A DNA stretch of 64,000 nt from an uncultured bacterium (GCA_913020665.1 CAJVZI010000003.1:6122-70121); one strand, 5' to 3'. Shown: positions 49,593 through 60,755, counted from the first letter of the stretch. Numbers and translations: made by a program. The notes: generated by a model from the sequence alone, not told the origin.

Positions 49593-50357
49593 TTATTCTA
49601 ATATGATGGATGGGAATGTTTTTAAGTTATTATCAATATCTATCAATGCATGGCCTTTATCATTTATGCCTTTAAATATGCCATTATGATTTGATTTATT
49701 ATAAGAAAAAGCAACTTTGTCATTTAAATGTGAACAATAATGTTCCCATAGTCCAATACTTGAACCCAGATCATTTATTTGTTGTTCAAAAAATGTTGTG
49801 ATGATAGCACAGACCAATTCTCTTTGAGTAGAATATCCTGTCTCCATTGATAATGAAGTAGCGGACTCTACTATGTCGCTTGGGAAATCATTCTCATTTT
49901 CATTGATATTCAGACCAATACCTACCACCATGTTTTTTACCATATTATTTGCCACTTTACTTTCGCAGAGGATACCCCCACATTTTTTATCACCAATTAA
50001 AATATCATTAGGCCATTTTAGATGTGGAACTGCACCTCTGTTCTCTAATGTTTTTGCAGCAGCAACTCCTACAGCTATAGGTATTAATTCAGCTTCATCT
50101 ATTGATAAAGGCTCAGTAAGTATTATAGACATCGCCAATCCTTTGCTAGGACTCATGAACCATGAATTATTATTTCGCCCTTTCCCTTTGTATTGGTCAT
50201 CAGTAATAACGATCATACCGTGACTTGCATTTCCTTCTTCAATAAGTTCCCAAGATTCTATATTAGTTGACTCTAGACGTTGATAGTACTCTATGTCCTT
50301 ACCAAAAATTTTGGTTCTAAGATTTGTTTGAATAAGATTAGTGAAAATCATGATCAA
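49593..50357 (-). CDS. birA: biotin--[acetyl-CoA-carboxylase] ligase (group I, no HTH)
   Basis: It shows the GKGRNNNSWFMSP motif and KWPNDILIGDKKCGGIL. Confidence 0.85.
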   Translation of the reverse strand: MIMIFTNLIQTNLRTKIFGKDIEYYQRLESTNIESWELIEEGNASHGMIVITDDQYKGKGRNNNSWFMSPSKGLAMSIILTEPLSIDEAELIPIAVGVAAAKTLENRGAVPHLKWPNDILIGDKKCGGILCESKVANNMVKNMVVGIGLNINENENDFPSDIVESATSLSMETGYSTQRELVCAIITTFFEQQINDLGSSIGLWEHYCSHLNDKVAFSYNKSNHNGIFKGINDKGHALIDIDNNLKTFPSIILE

Positions 50358-50980
50358 AGGAATAATAACGTTAATTCTACATAAGCTAAGACCATAGCAA
50401 ATATTGTGCCTGTTATGACCTGAGCAGGAGTATGTGCTCTTAATATAATACGTGCTATACCAACTAAAATTATTATAACCCCCATTATAATAGGGTGATC
50501 AAAACCCGAAAACCAAAGTGCAATAATTGGACCACCTATACCTACCATATGTATTGATATTTTCCAATAAATTGTAATACCCCACACAATAGCTGTATTA
50601 ATTGCATAGCAGAACATAAGTCCTTTTATAAGTTGCGATGCTCCAAGATGATCTAAAAGAATAAAACCGATCGCATTATAGATCGCAGCAATTACAAGTA
50701 GTTCGATTCTTTCTTGCCTTAATGGCGCATCATATGCAGATAATTTCCCTAATTTTTTATAATAGATAATTGTAAAGAAGGGTAATATGGTTGTAAACAA
50801 TATGGAAATAAAAAAAAGTAGATGTCTTGGAATATGTGTTTGATCATGATATATCAACAACCCAAAAGTGATGGGTGCGACAACCAATGGATTAATGACT
50901 GTAGATATTATTTTAGATAATTTTATCAAAATATAGATAACAAGATCACTGATATTCTCCAAATGTAGATCGGAATACAT
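50354..50980 (-). CDS. multi-pass membrane protein, distant PAP2-superfamily-like
   Basis: It is hydrophobic, with degenerate PAP2-like C-terminal motifs (ISIHMVG ... [13 protein letters not shown]). The start is uncertain: TTG at 50995, ATG at 50980 or TTG at 50929. Confidence 0.45.
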   Translation of the reverse strand: MYSDLHLENISDLVIYILIKLSKIISTVINPLVVAPITFGLLIYHDQTHIPRHLLFFISILFTTILPFFTIIYYKKLGKLSAYDAPLRQERIELLVIAAIYNAIGFILLDHLGASQLIKGLMFCYAINTAIVWGITIYWKISIHMVGIGGPIIALWFSGFDHPIIMGVIIILVGIARIILRAHTPAQVITGTIFAMVLAYVELTLLFL

Positions 50981-52433
50981 CTGCGATCTCTCCAAGAGTA
51001 CATTTACTCCTTATACAACTAATTACAAAAGGCATAATATTGTCATTACTCTTTGCAGCAGACTCTAATTGTTCTAGTAAAAATTTACTCTGGCCATTAT
51101 CACGATTGGCCTTTAATTCTTTCAAATTATTTATCTGTTTATGAACCTTAGTTTGATCAATGTCAAGTAGATCTTGTTCTTGCTCTTCATCCATTTGGTG
51201 AATATTCTGGCCTACAATATATTTTTCTTTATTTTCTATTTCTTTTTGAAACTCATATGCGCTTCTAGTTATTTCATTTTCAATAAAACCATTTTCGATT
51301 GCAGCGATGGCACCTCCAATAGAATCTATCTTCTCAATTATTTCAGAAGCATTTTTAATAAGATCTTGCGTCAGCTTTTCTACAACATAACTCCCTCCAA
51401 ATGGATCAGGATACTCAGGTATACCACTTTCTAAGGCAATGATCTGTTGAGTTCTCAATGCTAGTTGTGCTGCTTCATTGGATGGAAGTGCTAAAGCTTC
51501 ATCCTTGCTATTTGTGTGTAAAGATTGGGTTCCTCCAAGAACTGCTGACAATGCTTGAATAGTTGTTCGCACTACATTATTTTCAATTTGATGGGCCGTT
51601 AGAGTGGATCCACCCGTCTGAGTATGGAACCTACAATACATAGCTTTTTCATTGGTTACATTAAAACGTTCTTTCATTATGGACGCCCACAACTTTCTTG
51701 CTGCTCTAAATTTTGCTATCTCCTCTAAAAACCCATTGTGAGAATTAAAGAAAAAAGAAAGTCTTGACCCAAATTTATTTGGATCAAGACCTTTTTCTAT
51801 ACCTGCTTCAATGTAAGCAATTGCATTCGCGAAAGTAAATGCGAGTTCTTGTACAGCTGTGCTACCAGCTTCCCTGATATGATAACCTGAAACTGAGATC
51901 GTATTCCAATTAGGGATATGATTATCACAAAACTCCATAACATCCGTCACCAATCTCATTGATGGACCAGGTGGATATATATACGTTCCTCTCGCGGAAT
52001 ACTCTTTTAAAATGTCATTCTGTATAGTTCCGCTTAATTTATTTACCGCAACACCTTGATTCTCTGCAGCAACAATATATAGGGCTAATAAAATTGGCGC
52101 AGTAGAGTTAATGGTCATAGAAGTTGATACTTTATCAAGCTGTATGTTTTTGAATAAGGTCTCCATATCATCAAGAATAGATACGGGTACCCCAACTTTA
52201 CCTACTTCACCAGATGACATTGGATGATCGGAGTCATACCCTATTTGTGTTGGGAGATCAAATGCTACTGAGAGTCCCGTAACCCCTTGTTCAATAAGAT
52301 CAATAAATCGTTTATTTGATTCCTTTGCAGATGTAAAACCAGCATATTGACGCATGGTCCATAGCCTATTCTTATACATCTCTTTATATATACCACGAGT
52401 ATAAGGAAATTCACCTGGTATCTCTTTTGTCAC
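50946..52433 (-). CDS. methylmalonyl-CoA mutase family, catalytic (large, N-terminal) subunit only
   Basis: It shows [42 protein letters not shown] and [13 protein letters not shown]. It has no C-terminal B12-binding domain. Confidence 0.9.
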   Translation of the reverse strand: MTKEIPGEFPYTRGIYKEMYKNRLWTMRQYAGFTSAKESNKRFIDLIEQGVTGLSVAFDLPTQIGYDSDHPMSSGEVGKVGVPVSILDDMETLFKNIQLDKVSTSMTINSTAPILLALYIVAAENQGVAVNKLSGTIQNDILKEYSARGTYIYPPGPSMRLVTDVMEFCDNHIPNWNTISVSGYHIREAGSTAVQELAFTFANAIAYIEAGIEKGLDPNKFGSRLSFFFNSHNGFLEEIAKFRAARKLWASIMKERFNVTNEKAMYCRFHTQTGGSTLTAHQIENNVVRTTIQALSAVLGGTQSLHTNSKDEALALPSNEAAQLALRTQQIIALESGIPEYPDPFGGSYVVEKLTQDLIKNASEIIEKIDSIGGAIAAIENGFIENEITRSAYEFQKEIENKEKYIVGQNIHQMDEEQEQDLLDIDQTKVHKQINNLKELKANRDNGQSKFLLEQLESAAKSNDNIMPFVISCIRSKCTLGEIADVFRSTFGEYQ

Positions 52434-53149
52434 GATATATTACGATCCTTCTTTATTTGTTGATAAGCATCATTAACCGCTTTGAATTTATCTTCAGCCA
52501 ATTTTTGCATTTCTTTTCCTAAATGAGAAACTTTATCAGGGTGATACTTATTCGCCATTTTTCTGAAAGCACGTTTTACTTCATTATCACTAGCAGATCT
52601 GGAAATTTCAAGTACACGATAGGGAGCCTCTTCATCTTTAGCAAACATTGCTTTTATCGATTCATAATCATTATTGTTTACATTTAAATAGTTTGCTATA
52701 GTTTGTATCACTCGTACCTCATCCGGGTGTACATGACCGTCTGATGCAGATAGACCATATAATATATGTATTAGTTCTAGTCGGCTAGGGTGATCCATTG
52801 ATCGTTGAATCTGCCTACAAACATCTTTTAAGGGATACTCTTGGTCAAGTATATCTTTGAAGACCGACATTAGTTGTCTTGTCTGCTGGATTCCAAACTG
52901 TTGCTTTAAGAAATTTTTAACATAGTCTAATTCTGATTTTAGTAATTGCCCATCTGCTTTCATTACCTTTGCAAATAGAACTAAAACCGAAATAACAAAA
53001 TCACCATGCTTAGTTTGAGTACTTTGGCTAGTCCATTGAGATGATTGCCCCTCACTCATAGATGCATAAGTATATCCTAAAATCGCACCTATTGGTCCTG
53101 CAAATACCCATCCTAATCCGCCCCAAAGAAGTTTTTTATTAAATGACAT
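52430..53149 (-). CDS. djlA: DjlA-like co-chaperone (N-terminal TM, TerB domain, C-terminal J domain)
   Basis: The TerB-like segment is [21 protein letters not shown]. The J domain is [31 protein letters not shown]. Confidence 0.75.
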   Translation of the reverse strand: MSFNKKLLWGGLGWVFAGPIGAILGYTYASMSEGQSSQWTSQSTQTKHGDFVISVLVLFAKVMKADGQLLKSELDYVKNFLKQQFGIQQTRQLMSVFKDILDQEYPLKDVCRQIQRSMDHPSRLELIHILYGLSASDGHVHPDEVRVIQTIANYLNVNNNDYESIKAMFAKDEEAPYRVLEISRSASDNEVKRAFRKMANKYHPDKVSHLGKEMQKLAEDKFKAVNDAYQQIKKDRNIS

Positions 53150-53254
53150 TAAAAACTGTGACCTATTTATTTATCTAAAATTTATACATTATATCTTATA
53201 ACATTACTATCTCGTGACAGTTTTAGTAGGGCTAACCTATACTTATATTCTGAT

Positions 53255-53800
53255 ATGAAAATCCCAATACGTATTAAGATACTATTGCTTTGGTACAAGA
53301 TCTTTTATTCAAGCTCAAAAGATATTTCCTTAATAAAGATCAGTAGTTCTGGTAAAGGTGTTAATAATATCCTTTTTTTTCTTCCATCAGAAAAAAACCT
53401 TGCTCAGGTAGTTTCTCATTTTATAAAAAGAGATAGAGATAAAGATTCAATGTACATCAAATATATAGTTCACAGAGATGGAATAGATCATTATCGGCAA
53501 ATACCAAATAGTAATTTAATAACCTATTCAGAAAAAGATCTAAACTGGTTTGGGGCATTAAAATTTGATAAGATCAAACAAAAGATTGGTGATAGAGCCT
53601 ACGATGCATTGGTTGATCTTAATCAGTCTACAGATCAACCCCTCTCGTTAATAGCTACAAGATTAGATATCCCTATAAAGGTTGGTTTTTTATCACCCAT
53701 TTCAGATTCCTTATATACTCTGGTGATTGATTCCTCAGATAATAAATTCTTAGAAAACAACTATATATTGATAGAAAAAATGCTAGGGTTAGATAAATAA
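53255..53800 (+). CDS. hypothetical protein
   Basis: It is a 181-aa ORF divergent from the djlA-like gene. I recognise no family. Confidence 0.4.
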   Translation: MKIPIRIKILLLWYKIFYSSSKDISLIKISSSGKGVNNILFFLPSEKNLAQVVSHFIKRDRDKDSMYIKYIVHRDGIDHYRQIPNSNLITYSEKDLNWFGALKFDKIKQKIGDRAYDALVDLNQSTDQPLSLIATRLDIPIKVGFLSPISDSLYTLVIDSSDNKFLENNYILIEKMLGLDK

Positions 53801-53886
53801 TAAACAAAATTATTTTTATCTTTAAAATTATTGCTGACACAAATACGGTCAATTATATTAACCGCCAGTTTTAGAGAGAAAAACAT

Positions 53887-54291
53887 ATGCTTGAAGGCCT
53901 AATTTGCCCTGTTTGCGAAAACACGATTGAAGAAATAGATCTTAGGGATTCCCTAAAGTGCCCCAGTTGCTCCGTTGATCTTAAGGATAGAAAATATCTT
54001 GATTTTTTGGAGTTCTTAATGGCCAATGGGATAGTAGAAAACCTAGACTTCTTTGACCAAGAAGTTTATAGTGACGATGTTGATGATCTTGATCAGACCA
54101 AGGAAGAAGAGGGTGATCCTAGTGAATACGAAAAGAAAAAAGATCTATTTAATATATATGAGAATGAATTACACCCAAAAAATGTTGAAGAAGATGAGGG
54201 TATAAAGGATTATACACAATTTGATGGGATCAATGATGATTGGGAGGAATTCAACGAAAGAGATTTTAGTGCTAGCAAGGGGGGCAAATAA
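53887..54291 (+). CDS. zinc-ribbon protein with highly acidic C-terminal tail
   Basis: It has a CPVC ... CPSC pair at the N-terminus, and its second half is rich in D/E. Confidence 0.45.
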   Translation: MLEGLICPVCENTIEEIDLRDSLKCPSCSVDLKDRKYLDFLEFLMANGIVENLDFFDQEVYSDDVDDLDQTKEEEGDPSEYEKKKDLFNIYENELHPKNVEEDEGIKDYTQFDGINDDWEEFNERDFSASKGGK

Positions 54292-54293
54292 AA

Positions 54294-54620
54294 ATGAGTA
54301 AAGAAAAGAAAAATGTCCAACAGATAAATATTGAATTGGATGAGAAAATAAGTTCAGGAGAGTATGCTAATTTTGTAGTTGTCACTCACTCTCCAGCTGA
54401 ATTTGTTATGGATTTCACAAGGATATTACCAGGCGTCCCAAAGGCGAAAGTACATTCAAGAATTATAATGGCCCCTCAGCATGCGAAGGCGTATTTAGCT
54501 GCATTAAATGATAATATAAAGAAATTTGAAGCGAAAAATGGTGAGATCAAAATGCCTAGCCGAGATGAAGGGTTCTCTGGTTTTGGTGTTAAACCATCTG
54601 AAGACGTACTTCCAAATTAG
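54294..54620 (+). CDS. DUF3467 family protein
   Basis: It shows GEYANFVVVTHSPAEFVMDFTRILPG ... RIIMAPQHAKAYLAAL. Confidence 0.6.
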   Translation: MSKEKKNVQQINIELDEKISSGEYANFVVVTHSPAEFVMDFTRILPGVPKAKVHSRIIMAPQHAKAYLAALNDNIKKFEAKNGEIKMPSRDEGFSGFGVKPSEDVLPN

Positions 54621-55246
54621 TTTTTGAAAATGGGTGGGGTACTTTCGTACCAGACCCAAGACTGCCTTCTTTTTAGTTCCCTCATTTTTAATATGACCCA
54701 AAGGGTTAGTATTATCCATCCTAGTGCATATCCGAATATTGAACCGACCAACACATCTCCTGGATAATGAACCCCGACATAGACGCGAGAAAATGCTATC
54801 AGATATGCAAGTAAGAATAATGGTGTTTTATATCTTTCATAAAAGTAGGATAAAATGACTGCAAATGTGAAAATATTTGCCGCATGATTTGATGGCATAC
54901 TCCATTTTCCGCCTTTAGAAACAAGAAGATGTAAGCCCTCAAGTCCATAATGTGAAGGCCTGATCCTTTCAAAGAATGGCTTTAATAATTGTGCGCAGAT
55001 CGAATCAGCTAAAGTGAGTGCAATAATCAATAATACTAAAGTGATCTTGCCTCTTTTTTGACCTTTGATACCAAGATAAAATATTAAAACTAAGATTGGT
55101 AAGATCCAATTATCAGCATCAGTTACAAATGGCATGAAAAGATCAAAAATATTATTATGGTGATCATGAACCCATATAAGGACGGCTGTATCTATTTTAT
55201 TGAGAGCTTCAAACATATTTAATTTCAGATGCTTGTCATAACTCAA
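54617..55246 (-). CDS. PAP2-family phosphatase (phosphatidic acid / undecaprenyl-diphosphate phosphatase-like)
   Basis: It shows the three PAP2 motifs KPFFERIRP, PSNHAAN and SRVYVGVHYPGDV. Confidence 0.85.
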   Translation of the reverse strand: MSYDKHLKLNMFEALNKIDTAVLIWVHDHHNNIFDLFMPFVTDADNWILPILVLIFYLGIKGQKRGKITLVLLIIALTLADSICAQLLKPFFERIRPSHYGLEGLHLLVSKGGKWSMPSNHAANIFTFAVILSYFYERYKTPLFLLAYLIAFSRVYVGVHYPGDVLVGSIFGYALGWIILTLWVILKMRELKRRQSWVWYESTPPIFKN

Positions 55247-56225
55247 GCAATATGCGACCAGTTTGTTTACCTTTGAGAATTTTAGCTATCTCAGGTATTA
55301 CTCCATCAAGATCAACCGTTTTACAAATTTTATCTAACCCATTTAATTTCCAATCCTTAGAAAAACGTTCCCAAACAATTTTCCGACGCTCGATTAGACA
55401 ATTAGCAGAATCAATTCCAATCAAATGATTGCCTCTTAGAATAAATGGAAAAACAGTTGATTCAAATTTAGGACCTCCCGCATTCCCACATGCTGCAATT
55501 ATACCATTATAGTCCATGCTAGCAATTATGCAAGATAGTATATCGCCTCCCACTACATCTATCGCGCCATTATATAGCCCCTTATTGAGTGGGTGTCTGG
55601 TCCCATTAATAAATTCATCTCTTTCTATGATCTTTGAAGCTCCAAGGTCTAATAAAAAATCTTTTTTACTCATTTTTCCGGTGATGGCAGTAACCCTTGC
55701 GCCAAGTAGGCTACATAGTTTAACAGCTAAACTGCCTACACCACCGGTAGCACCACTTATAATTATATTCGCATCTTTTATCTTACATCTTTCATTGATC
55801 TCTGCGATAGATAGCCCGGCTGTTAAACCAGCAGTACCTATCATCATAGCTTCTTTAGTTGTAAGGTTATTTGGGCATCTTATGGCCCATTTACTTGGTA
55901 CGCAAATATATTCTGAAAACCCTCCACTAGTATTCATCCCTAGATCAAAACCAGTCACTATTACAGAAGTTCCGGGAGGGAAGTCACTATTATTTGATTT
56001 TTCCACTATGCCTGCGGCATCTATGCCAGGGGTATGAGGATATTGAGTAGTTATTCCTTTGATGCCAGAGGCCGATAGAGCATCTTTATAGTTCAATGAT
56101 GAATATTCAACTTGGATCAATAGATCACCATCTGGAAGTTCATTTGTGGTCCTTTCCTTTACAATATTTATATACGTACCATCATTATTTTGCATGGTCA
56201 CTAATGCCTTAAAAGATTTTTTCAC
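55236..56225 (-). CDS. acuI: YhdH/AcuI-type MDR NADPH-dependent acryloyl-CoA / quinone reductase
   Basis: The segment VEYSSLNYKDALSASG ... YPHTPGIDAAGIV is close to the E. coli YhdH N-terminus. A GATGGVGS segment is also present. Confidence 0.85.
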   Translation of the reverse strand: MKKSFKALVTMQNNDGTYINIVKERTTNELPDGDLLIQVEYSSLNYKDALSASGIKGITTQYPHTPGIDAAGIVEKSNNSDFPPGTSVIVTGFDLGMNTSGGFSEYICVPSKWAIRCPNNLTTKEAMMIGTAGLTAGLSIAEINERCKIKDANIIISGATGGVGSLAVKLCSLLGARVTAITGKMSKKDFLLDLGASKIIERDEFINGTRHPLNKGLYNGAIDVVGGDILSCIIASMDYNGIIAACGNAGGPKFESTVFPFILRGNHLIGIDSANCLIERRKIVWERFSKDWKLNGLDKICKTVDLDGVIPEIAKILKGKQTGRILLEL

Positions 56226-56227
56226 AC

Positions 56228-57019
56228 TTAGCTCCAGGATGGTTTCCTTTTTTCAAAAAAAGAGGCAAACCCTTCACGACCCTCTTCATGTATAACACAA
56301 TCAGCAAAGAACTCTGCAGCCTTTTGGGCGTCAATAACATGGTTTTCAGAAATGATTCTTTTTGTGATCGCAATTGCATTAGGAGCACATTTTCTAACAT
56401 CAGATTTTACTTTATCAATTAGATTATTAAGACCATCATCATTTTGAGCAATATGATCTGCCATTCCCATATTGAATGCTTCTTGTCCATCGAATGAACT
56501 TCCTAAAAGCAAAAGTCTTCTTGCTTGGGCAAAGCCAAGCCGGTTTAATACATATGGTACGATCTGGGCTGGTGTTAAACCGATCTTTGTTTCAGTTAGG
56601 GCATAGCGGGCGTCATCCTTAGTGATCAAGATATCAGTTGCACAAGCGAAGCCAAAGCCACCTGCCATACTAGCCCCTTCAACAACTGAAACTGTTATCT
56701 GGGGAGCTTTATTTATGGTCTCAAGGGTAGAACCTACTTTTTTACTCATGTCAATAGCAAGGTCACGAGCATTCTCACCTGAAGAAGCTATTTTTTTTAT
56801 GCCATCGAGGTCAGCGCCGGAACAAAAACTTCCACCTCTTCCACGAAATAGTATACCTCTTACCGATCTGTCGTCATGTACAGATTTGACCGTATCCTTG
56901 ATATCATCTAGCAGTACGTCAGATAAAGCATTTTTCTTTTCAGGTCTATTAAACCATATTGTTAACCAGCCATTATCAAATTCTAATATGCAATTTTTGG
57001 TTTTTGGTAGCTCTCTCAT
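56228..57019 (-). CDS. enoyl-CoA hydratase/isomerase (crotonase) family
   Basis: It shows RPEKKNAL, FRGRGGSFCSGADL and the oxyanion-hole GASMAGGFGFA. Confidence 0.85.
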   Translation of the reverse strand: MRELPKTKNCILEFDNGWLTIWFNRPEKKNALSDVLLDDIKDTVKSVHDDRSVRGILFRGRGGSFCSGADLDGIKKIASSGENARDLAIDMSKKVGSTLETINKAPQITVSVVEGASMAGGFGFACATDILITKDDARYALTETKIGLTPAQIVPYVLNRLGFAQARRLLLLGSSFDGQEAFNMGMADHIAQNDDGLNNLIDKVKSDVRKCAPNAIAITKRIISENHVIDAQKAAEFFADCVIHEEGREGFASFFEKRKPSWS

Positions 57020-57102
57020 ATCACTATTCCTGATTTGAATTATTTTTATCTTTGATCATTTGCTTTACAAAACATTTTTAGAAAGCCTCATAGCAATCAA
57101 TA

Positions 57103-58890
57103 TTAATCCAGTTCTTTGGCTATACTATCAGAAATTGGTATCTCATGATCGAGTAGTTGTTGTGCATAGGACTTACCTTGTGGATCAATATTCAAGCTTG
57201 ACATCCCACCACCCCCCAGAGAGTTTTTTAATAAGAAATTAATCCCATTAATACCTGGCACATCCCAACTCATCACCTCGCCATGAATGACATGATCAAA
57301 ATATTTTGATATAGCCTCTGGTGTGAGTGCGTTTTGAATAAATGGGAGGAATTCCGGCCTCCTTGCTATCACGCCAATATTTGCGTGGTCACCTTTATCC
57401 CCACTACGTGCGAATGCAAGTTTTATCAGTGGTACTGAAACTTGCATTTCTTGATTTGAAATACCTGAGATCGATCGTTGGTTACCTGGAAGCGGGACAA
57501 AGCCACCATCGCAAGAAATATCAACGTTGAGTAATTGATCATTAATGTCTACTCCTACAGGCACCTGATCCTTAGGGAAAAGGAAGGAATATAAATGTAT
57601 TGAAGAGGAGACAGAGGGCCGGCCTCCAAGGTAATTCATCACACCTGCAGCCATCCCTGTAGCAGCCTGCGCCATTTCTTTGGATAAAATAACTAACGCA
57701 TCCTTTTGAGGATGAGTGGCCACTAACCTGAGTAAGATCTCTTTTGAATTCTCCTTAGATCGTTCAGGCCCGTATATAGAATCTGTACCTACAAGATCAT
57801 AAGATGTATTGCTAAATGGTTCAAAACCTTTATTAGAAAGAATTCGATCACACTTTTTTATAATAGCCTCTGAAATTAATTCGCCTTTTTTCTTTGAAGA
57901 GTGTCCTCCAATTATTAGCGTGCCCACCACCCGGTAACCGTCCATATAAGTGGCTGAAACCTTATATACATCAGTAGGTGGTGATCCAAGTGCCCCTTTT
58001 ACTAACACACGATCATCTCCAAGATCATCTATGGTCACTTGGGTAAAATCACAAACGACATCAGGAAGTAGATATTCTGAAGGATTTCCTATCTCATATA
58101 AGAATTGTTCAGCAACAGTTCCAAATGTTACCATTCCACCAGTGTCCTTAGGCTTAGTAACAATAAATTGACCGTTAGGTTCTACTTCTACAATAGGGAA
58201 TCCCATATTATCAAACCTGTCAACCTTTCGCCAGTCTGTAAAGTTCCCACCAGTACACTGAGCACCGCATTCAATAATATGTCCAGCCAAACTTCCGGCA
58301 GCTAATAGATCATAGTCATTCATTGTCCAGCCAAATTCATAAATGAGAGGCGCCAATACCATTGCGCTATCAACGCATCTACCTGTAATAATAATATCAG
58401 CCCCTTGTTCTAACGCTGCAACTATTCCAGGCGCTCCAAGGTATGCATTAATGCTTAAGCAAGGATCAGGAAGAGGGTGATTGGTTTCGATCTCTTTAAC
58501 TCCAAGCTCCATAAGTCTAGGGAATTCTTCCATTAGGTCATCTCCAATAACTAAAGCAATCTTTAGATCGATCCCTGCTTTTTCGGCTTCATTCATCAGT
58601 GCTTTTCGGCATGCACTTAGGTTTAGTCCGCCTGCATTAGACAGTACCGTTATATTTTTCTCTTTAATTTGGCTTAATAGTGGAGCTAGTTGTTCAACAA
58701 AATCGGTTGCATATCCCATTTCCGTATTTTTCTTCTTTGCTCCGGCCAATATTGACATGGTGACCTCTGCGAGGAAATCAAATACAAGATAATCTAATGT
58801 GCTTTTTTCAACAAGTTGTTTTGCAGCGGTAGTTGTATCGCCCCAAAATGCAGATGCACATCCGATCCTTACTTTCTTTTCATGATTCAT
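57103..58890 (-). CDS. AtuA-like protein, DUF1446 fused to DUF4387
   Basis: The N-terminus is RIGCASAFWGDTTTAA ... LDYLVFDFLAEVTMSILA. The C-terminus is ARSGDKGDHANIGVIAR. I prefer the ATG at 58890 over the TTG at 58914. Confidence 0.8.
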   Translation of the reverse strand: MNHEKKVRIGCASAFWGDTTTAAKQLVEKSTLDYLVFDFLAEVTMSILAGAKKKNTEMGYATDFVEQLAPLLSQIKEKNITVLSNAGGLNLSACRKALMNEAEKAGIDLKIALVIGDDLMEEFPRLMELGVKEIETNHPLPDPCLSINAYLGAPGIVAALEQGADIIITGRCVDSAMVLAPLIYEFGWTMNDYDLLAAGSLAGHIIECGAQCTGGNFTDWRKVDRFDNMGFPIVEVEPNGQFIVTKPKDTGGMVTFGTVAEQFLYEIGNPSEYLLPDVVCDFTQVTIDDLGDDRVLVKGALGSPPTDVYKVSATYMDGYRVVGTLIIGGHSSKKKGELISEAIIKKCDRILSNKGFEPFSNTSYDLVGTDSIYGPERSKENSKEILLRLVATHPQKDALVILSKEMAQAATGMAAGVMNYLGGRPSVSSSIHLYSFLFPKDQVPVGVDINDQLLNVDISCDGGFVPLPGNQRSISGISNQEMQVSVPLIKLAFARSGDKGDHANIGVIARRPEFLPFIQNALTPEAISKYFDHVIHGEVMSWDVPGINGINFLLKNSLGGGGMSSLNIDPQGKSYAQQLLDHEIPISDSIAKELD

Positions 58891-59890
58891 TATTTTTTTC
58901 CAACGATTCACCAAGGCGTCGCATTACTGTTGTAGCTGATTCAATATTTTTCACTGTATGAGCGCTCTTTCCTGCAGAATAGTATTTTTTATTTTTTTTG
59001 ATATTATCAGAACTACTTTTTCTTAATAGATATTTTAATCTTATTAGTGAATTGAGATTTAATAGCATCCTAGTTTGATGTTTGAATCTACTATTAAGTA
59101 ACTTTTGAATAATCCACGAATTTTCATCCTTATGATCTTTAGATCGAATTATTGAAATAGGTTTCCCTGTCATACGAGTAGTTGAAACTATATCATTTTC
59201 TGAGGCTTTTACTATGGCATCTTTATAGTCTTCTGGTGTATTACACTCCAATGTCGCAATGAACCGCGTCCCCATCTGTACCCCATCATACCCAATATTC
59301 ATTACCGATGCTAGCTGATCTTCATTTCCAATCCCACCAGCACATATTAAAGGAAGACCAAGGTCATGTAAGTCATCAAACATTTTTTCTATCGAGTCTG
59401 CCCCAAGATGTCCCCCTGCTCGGTTATTAACACATATAAGTCCATCAACTCCACAATCCTGACCTTTCTGTGCAAAGTAGCGATTGGTAACATCATGGTA
59501 TACAAACCCTCCAACCTGATGTACTCGATCACATACCCAATCAGGCTTGCCAAGTGATGTGACAAAAAATCGTATTCCTTCTTCTATCGCTATATCGATC
59601 CAATTTGACATCTTATCAATATACTTTTTACTGCCCTTTTCAATCAGTGCGTTAAACCCGATTGGTTTGTTGGTCATAGAACGAATATATCTTATTCCAT
59701 CCCTAAGATCATATCCATGTACAAATGTAAGGCTAACCGGCTGTAAGATCGCCATGCCTCCACCTTTTGAAGCAGCAGCGACAAGCTCTGGATTGGAACA
59801 AGGAAACATTGCTCCACATATTATTGGGTATTCAACGCCTGTGTGTTCTATCAAGCGATTATTTATTTTCTTTGATTTTTCCATGATCAA
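58880..59890 (-). CDS. nitronate monooxygenase / FabK-like FMN oxidoreductase (NMO family)
   Basis: It shows YPIICGAMFPCSNPELVAAASKGGGMAIL, AGGIGNEDQ and GVQMGTRF. Confidence 0.8.
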   Translation of the reverse strand: MIMEKSKKINNRLIEHTGVEYPIICGAMFPCSNPELVAAASKGGGMAILQPVSLTFVHGYDLRDGIRYIRSMTNKPIGFNALIEKGSKKYIDKMSNWIDIAIEEGIRFFVTSLGKPDWVCDRVHQVGGFVYHDVTNRYFAQKGQDCGVDGLICVNNRAGGHLGADSIEKMFDDLHDLGLPLICAGGIGNEDQLASVMNIGYDGVQMGTRFIATLECNTPEDYKDAIVKASENDIVSTTRMTGKPISIIRSKDHKDENSWIIQKLLNSRFKHQTRMLLNLNSLIRLKYLLRKSSSDNIKKNKKYYSAGKSAHTVKNIESATTVMRRLGESLEKNNES

Positions 59891-60306
59891 GATACCATTA
59901 TTGTAGACTCACCAATTAATTTTTCATCATTATCCTGGTCTAATACCTTTAATTCTATTTTTAATAATTTACCCATTTCAGTTTGATCCATGTGAGTTAT
60001 CGTACCATTGCAAGTAAGTACATCACCAATGTTTGTCATAGAGGAGAACTTTACTTCATATTCCTTTACACTAGATTGATCAATATTGTTTGTCAGTACC
60101 TGACCTAGATAGCTCATGACCAACATGCCATGAGCTATCACGTCTGGTAAACCTACCTGCCTAGCAAAACCCTGGTCAATATGTATTGGGTTATGGTCAC
60201 CGGAAGCATCTGCATAAATTGTAAGAGAATTTCTACTGATTGGTCCAATGACCAATTCAGGCAATTTATCTCCTACCTTTATATTATTGGTGTTTAATAG
60301 TCTCAT
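59887..60306 (-). CDS. MaoC-like (R)-specific enoyl-CoA hydratase hot-dog protein
   Basis: It shows YADASGDHNPIHIDQGFARQVGLPDVIAHGML. Confidence 0.8.
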   Translation of the reverse strand: MRLLNTNNIKVGDKLPELVIGPISRNSLTIYADASGDHNPIHIDQGFARQVGLPDVIAHGMLVMSYLGQVLTNNIDQSSVKEYEVKFSSMTNIGDVLTCNGTITHMDQTEMGKLLKIELKVLDQDNDEKLIGESTIMVS

Positions 60307-60746
60307 ATATTATTTCTGTACGCAATTATAGCCAAAGATTCTGCAACCATTATATCTCTCTGGTTAGTATAGTATGATTTGAATTCTACAAACTGGAGAT
60401 CACCATTATTTTTTTCATATATATTGCTAATTTTTCCTCGCTTCGTTATAACGTCTCCAGAATATATTGGATGGTGATACATATACTTTTGACCTGCATG
60501 AAGGATTCGCCCAAGATCCATACCCAGATCAATGATATATTGATATGGTTTTTTCTGTTTATGATCAATAACAGTTAAAAATGTTAGTGGGGCCAGGAGG
60601 GAAGGACGCTTTTTTTTGGAAATATTTTCATTGAAATACAACGGATCTGTTTGTCCTGTTGCTTCTGAAAACGATTTGATCTGATGTTTTGTGACATGAA
60701 AAACTACTGCCGGATAGTTTTTATTTAATAGTGAGCTACCAAGCAT
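60303..60746 (-). CDS. MaoC N-terminal-type hot-dog protein (non-catalytic partner of a heteromeric hydratase)
   Basis: Its size fits a hot-dog fold, it overlaps the MaoC gene by 4 nt, and it shows FSEATGQTDPLYF. Confidence 0.65.
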   Translation of the reverse strand: MLGSSLLNKNYPAVVFHVTKHQIKSFSEATGQTDPLYFNENISKKKRPSLLAPLTFLTVIDHKQKKPYQYIIDLGMDLGRILHAGQKYMYHHPIYSGDVITKRGKISNIYEKNNGDLQFVEFKSYYTNQRDIMVAESLAIIAYRNNI

Positions 60747-60755
60747 ATAGGCGGC

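Noticed and set aside
53152-53224. An imperfect 11-bp inverted repeat (AAAACTGTGAC ... GTGACAGTTTT) flanking the divergent promoter region between the djlA-like gene and 53255.
   Set aside because: It has one mismatch, a 51-nt spacing and an AT-rich background, so I cannot distinguish it from chance. The shared CTGTGAC with the 32720 hairpin is probably coincidental.
55516-57038. Long plus-strand ORFs at 55516-56037 (173 aa) and 56622-57038 (138 aa). Similar antisense ORFs occur at 44202-44585, 39010-39354, 49873-50223, 59547-59906, 58481-58792 and 21552-21887.
   Set aside because: Each lies entirely antisense to a CDS with strong family motifs. Their translations are low-complexity (Ser/Pro/Leu-rich) with no recognisable domains. 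They are shadow ORFs.
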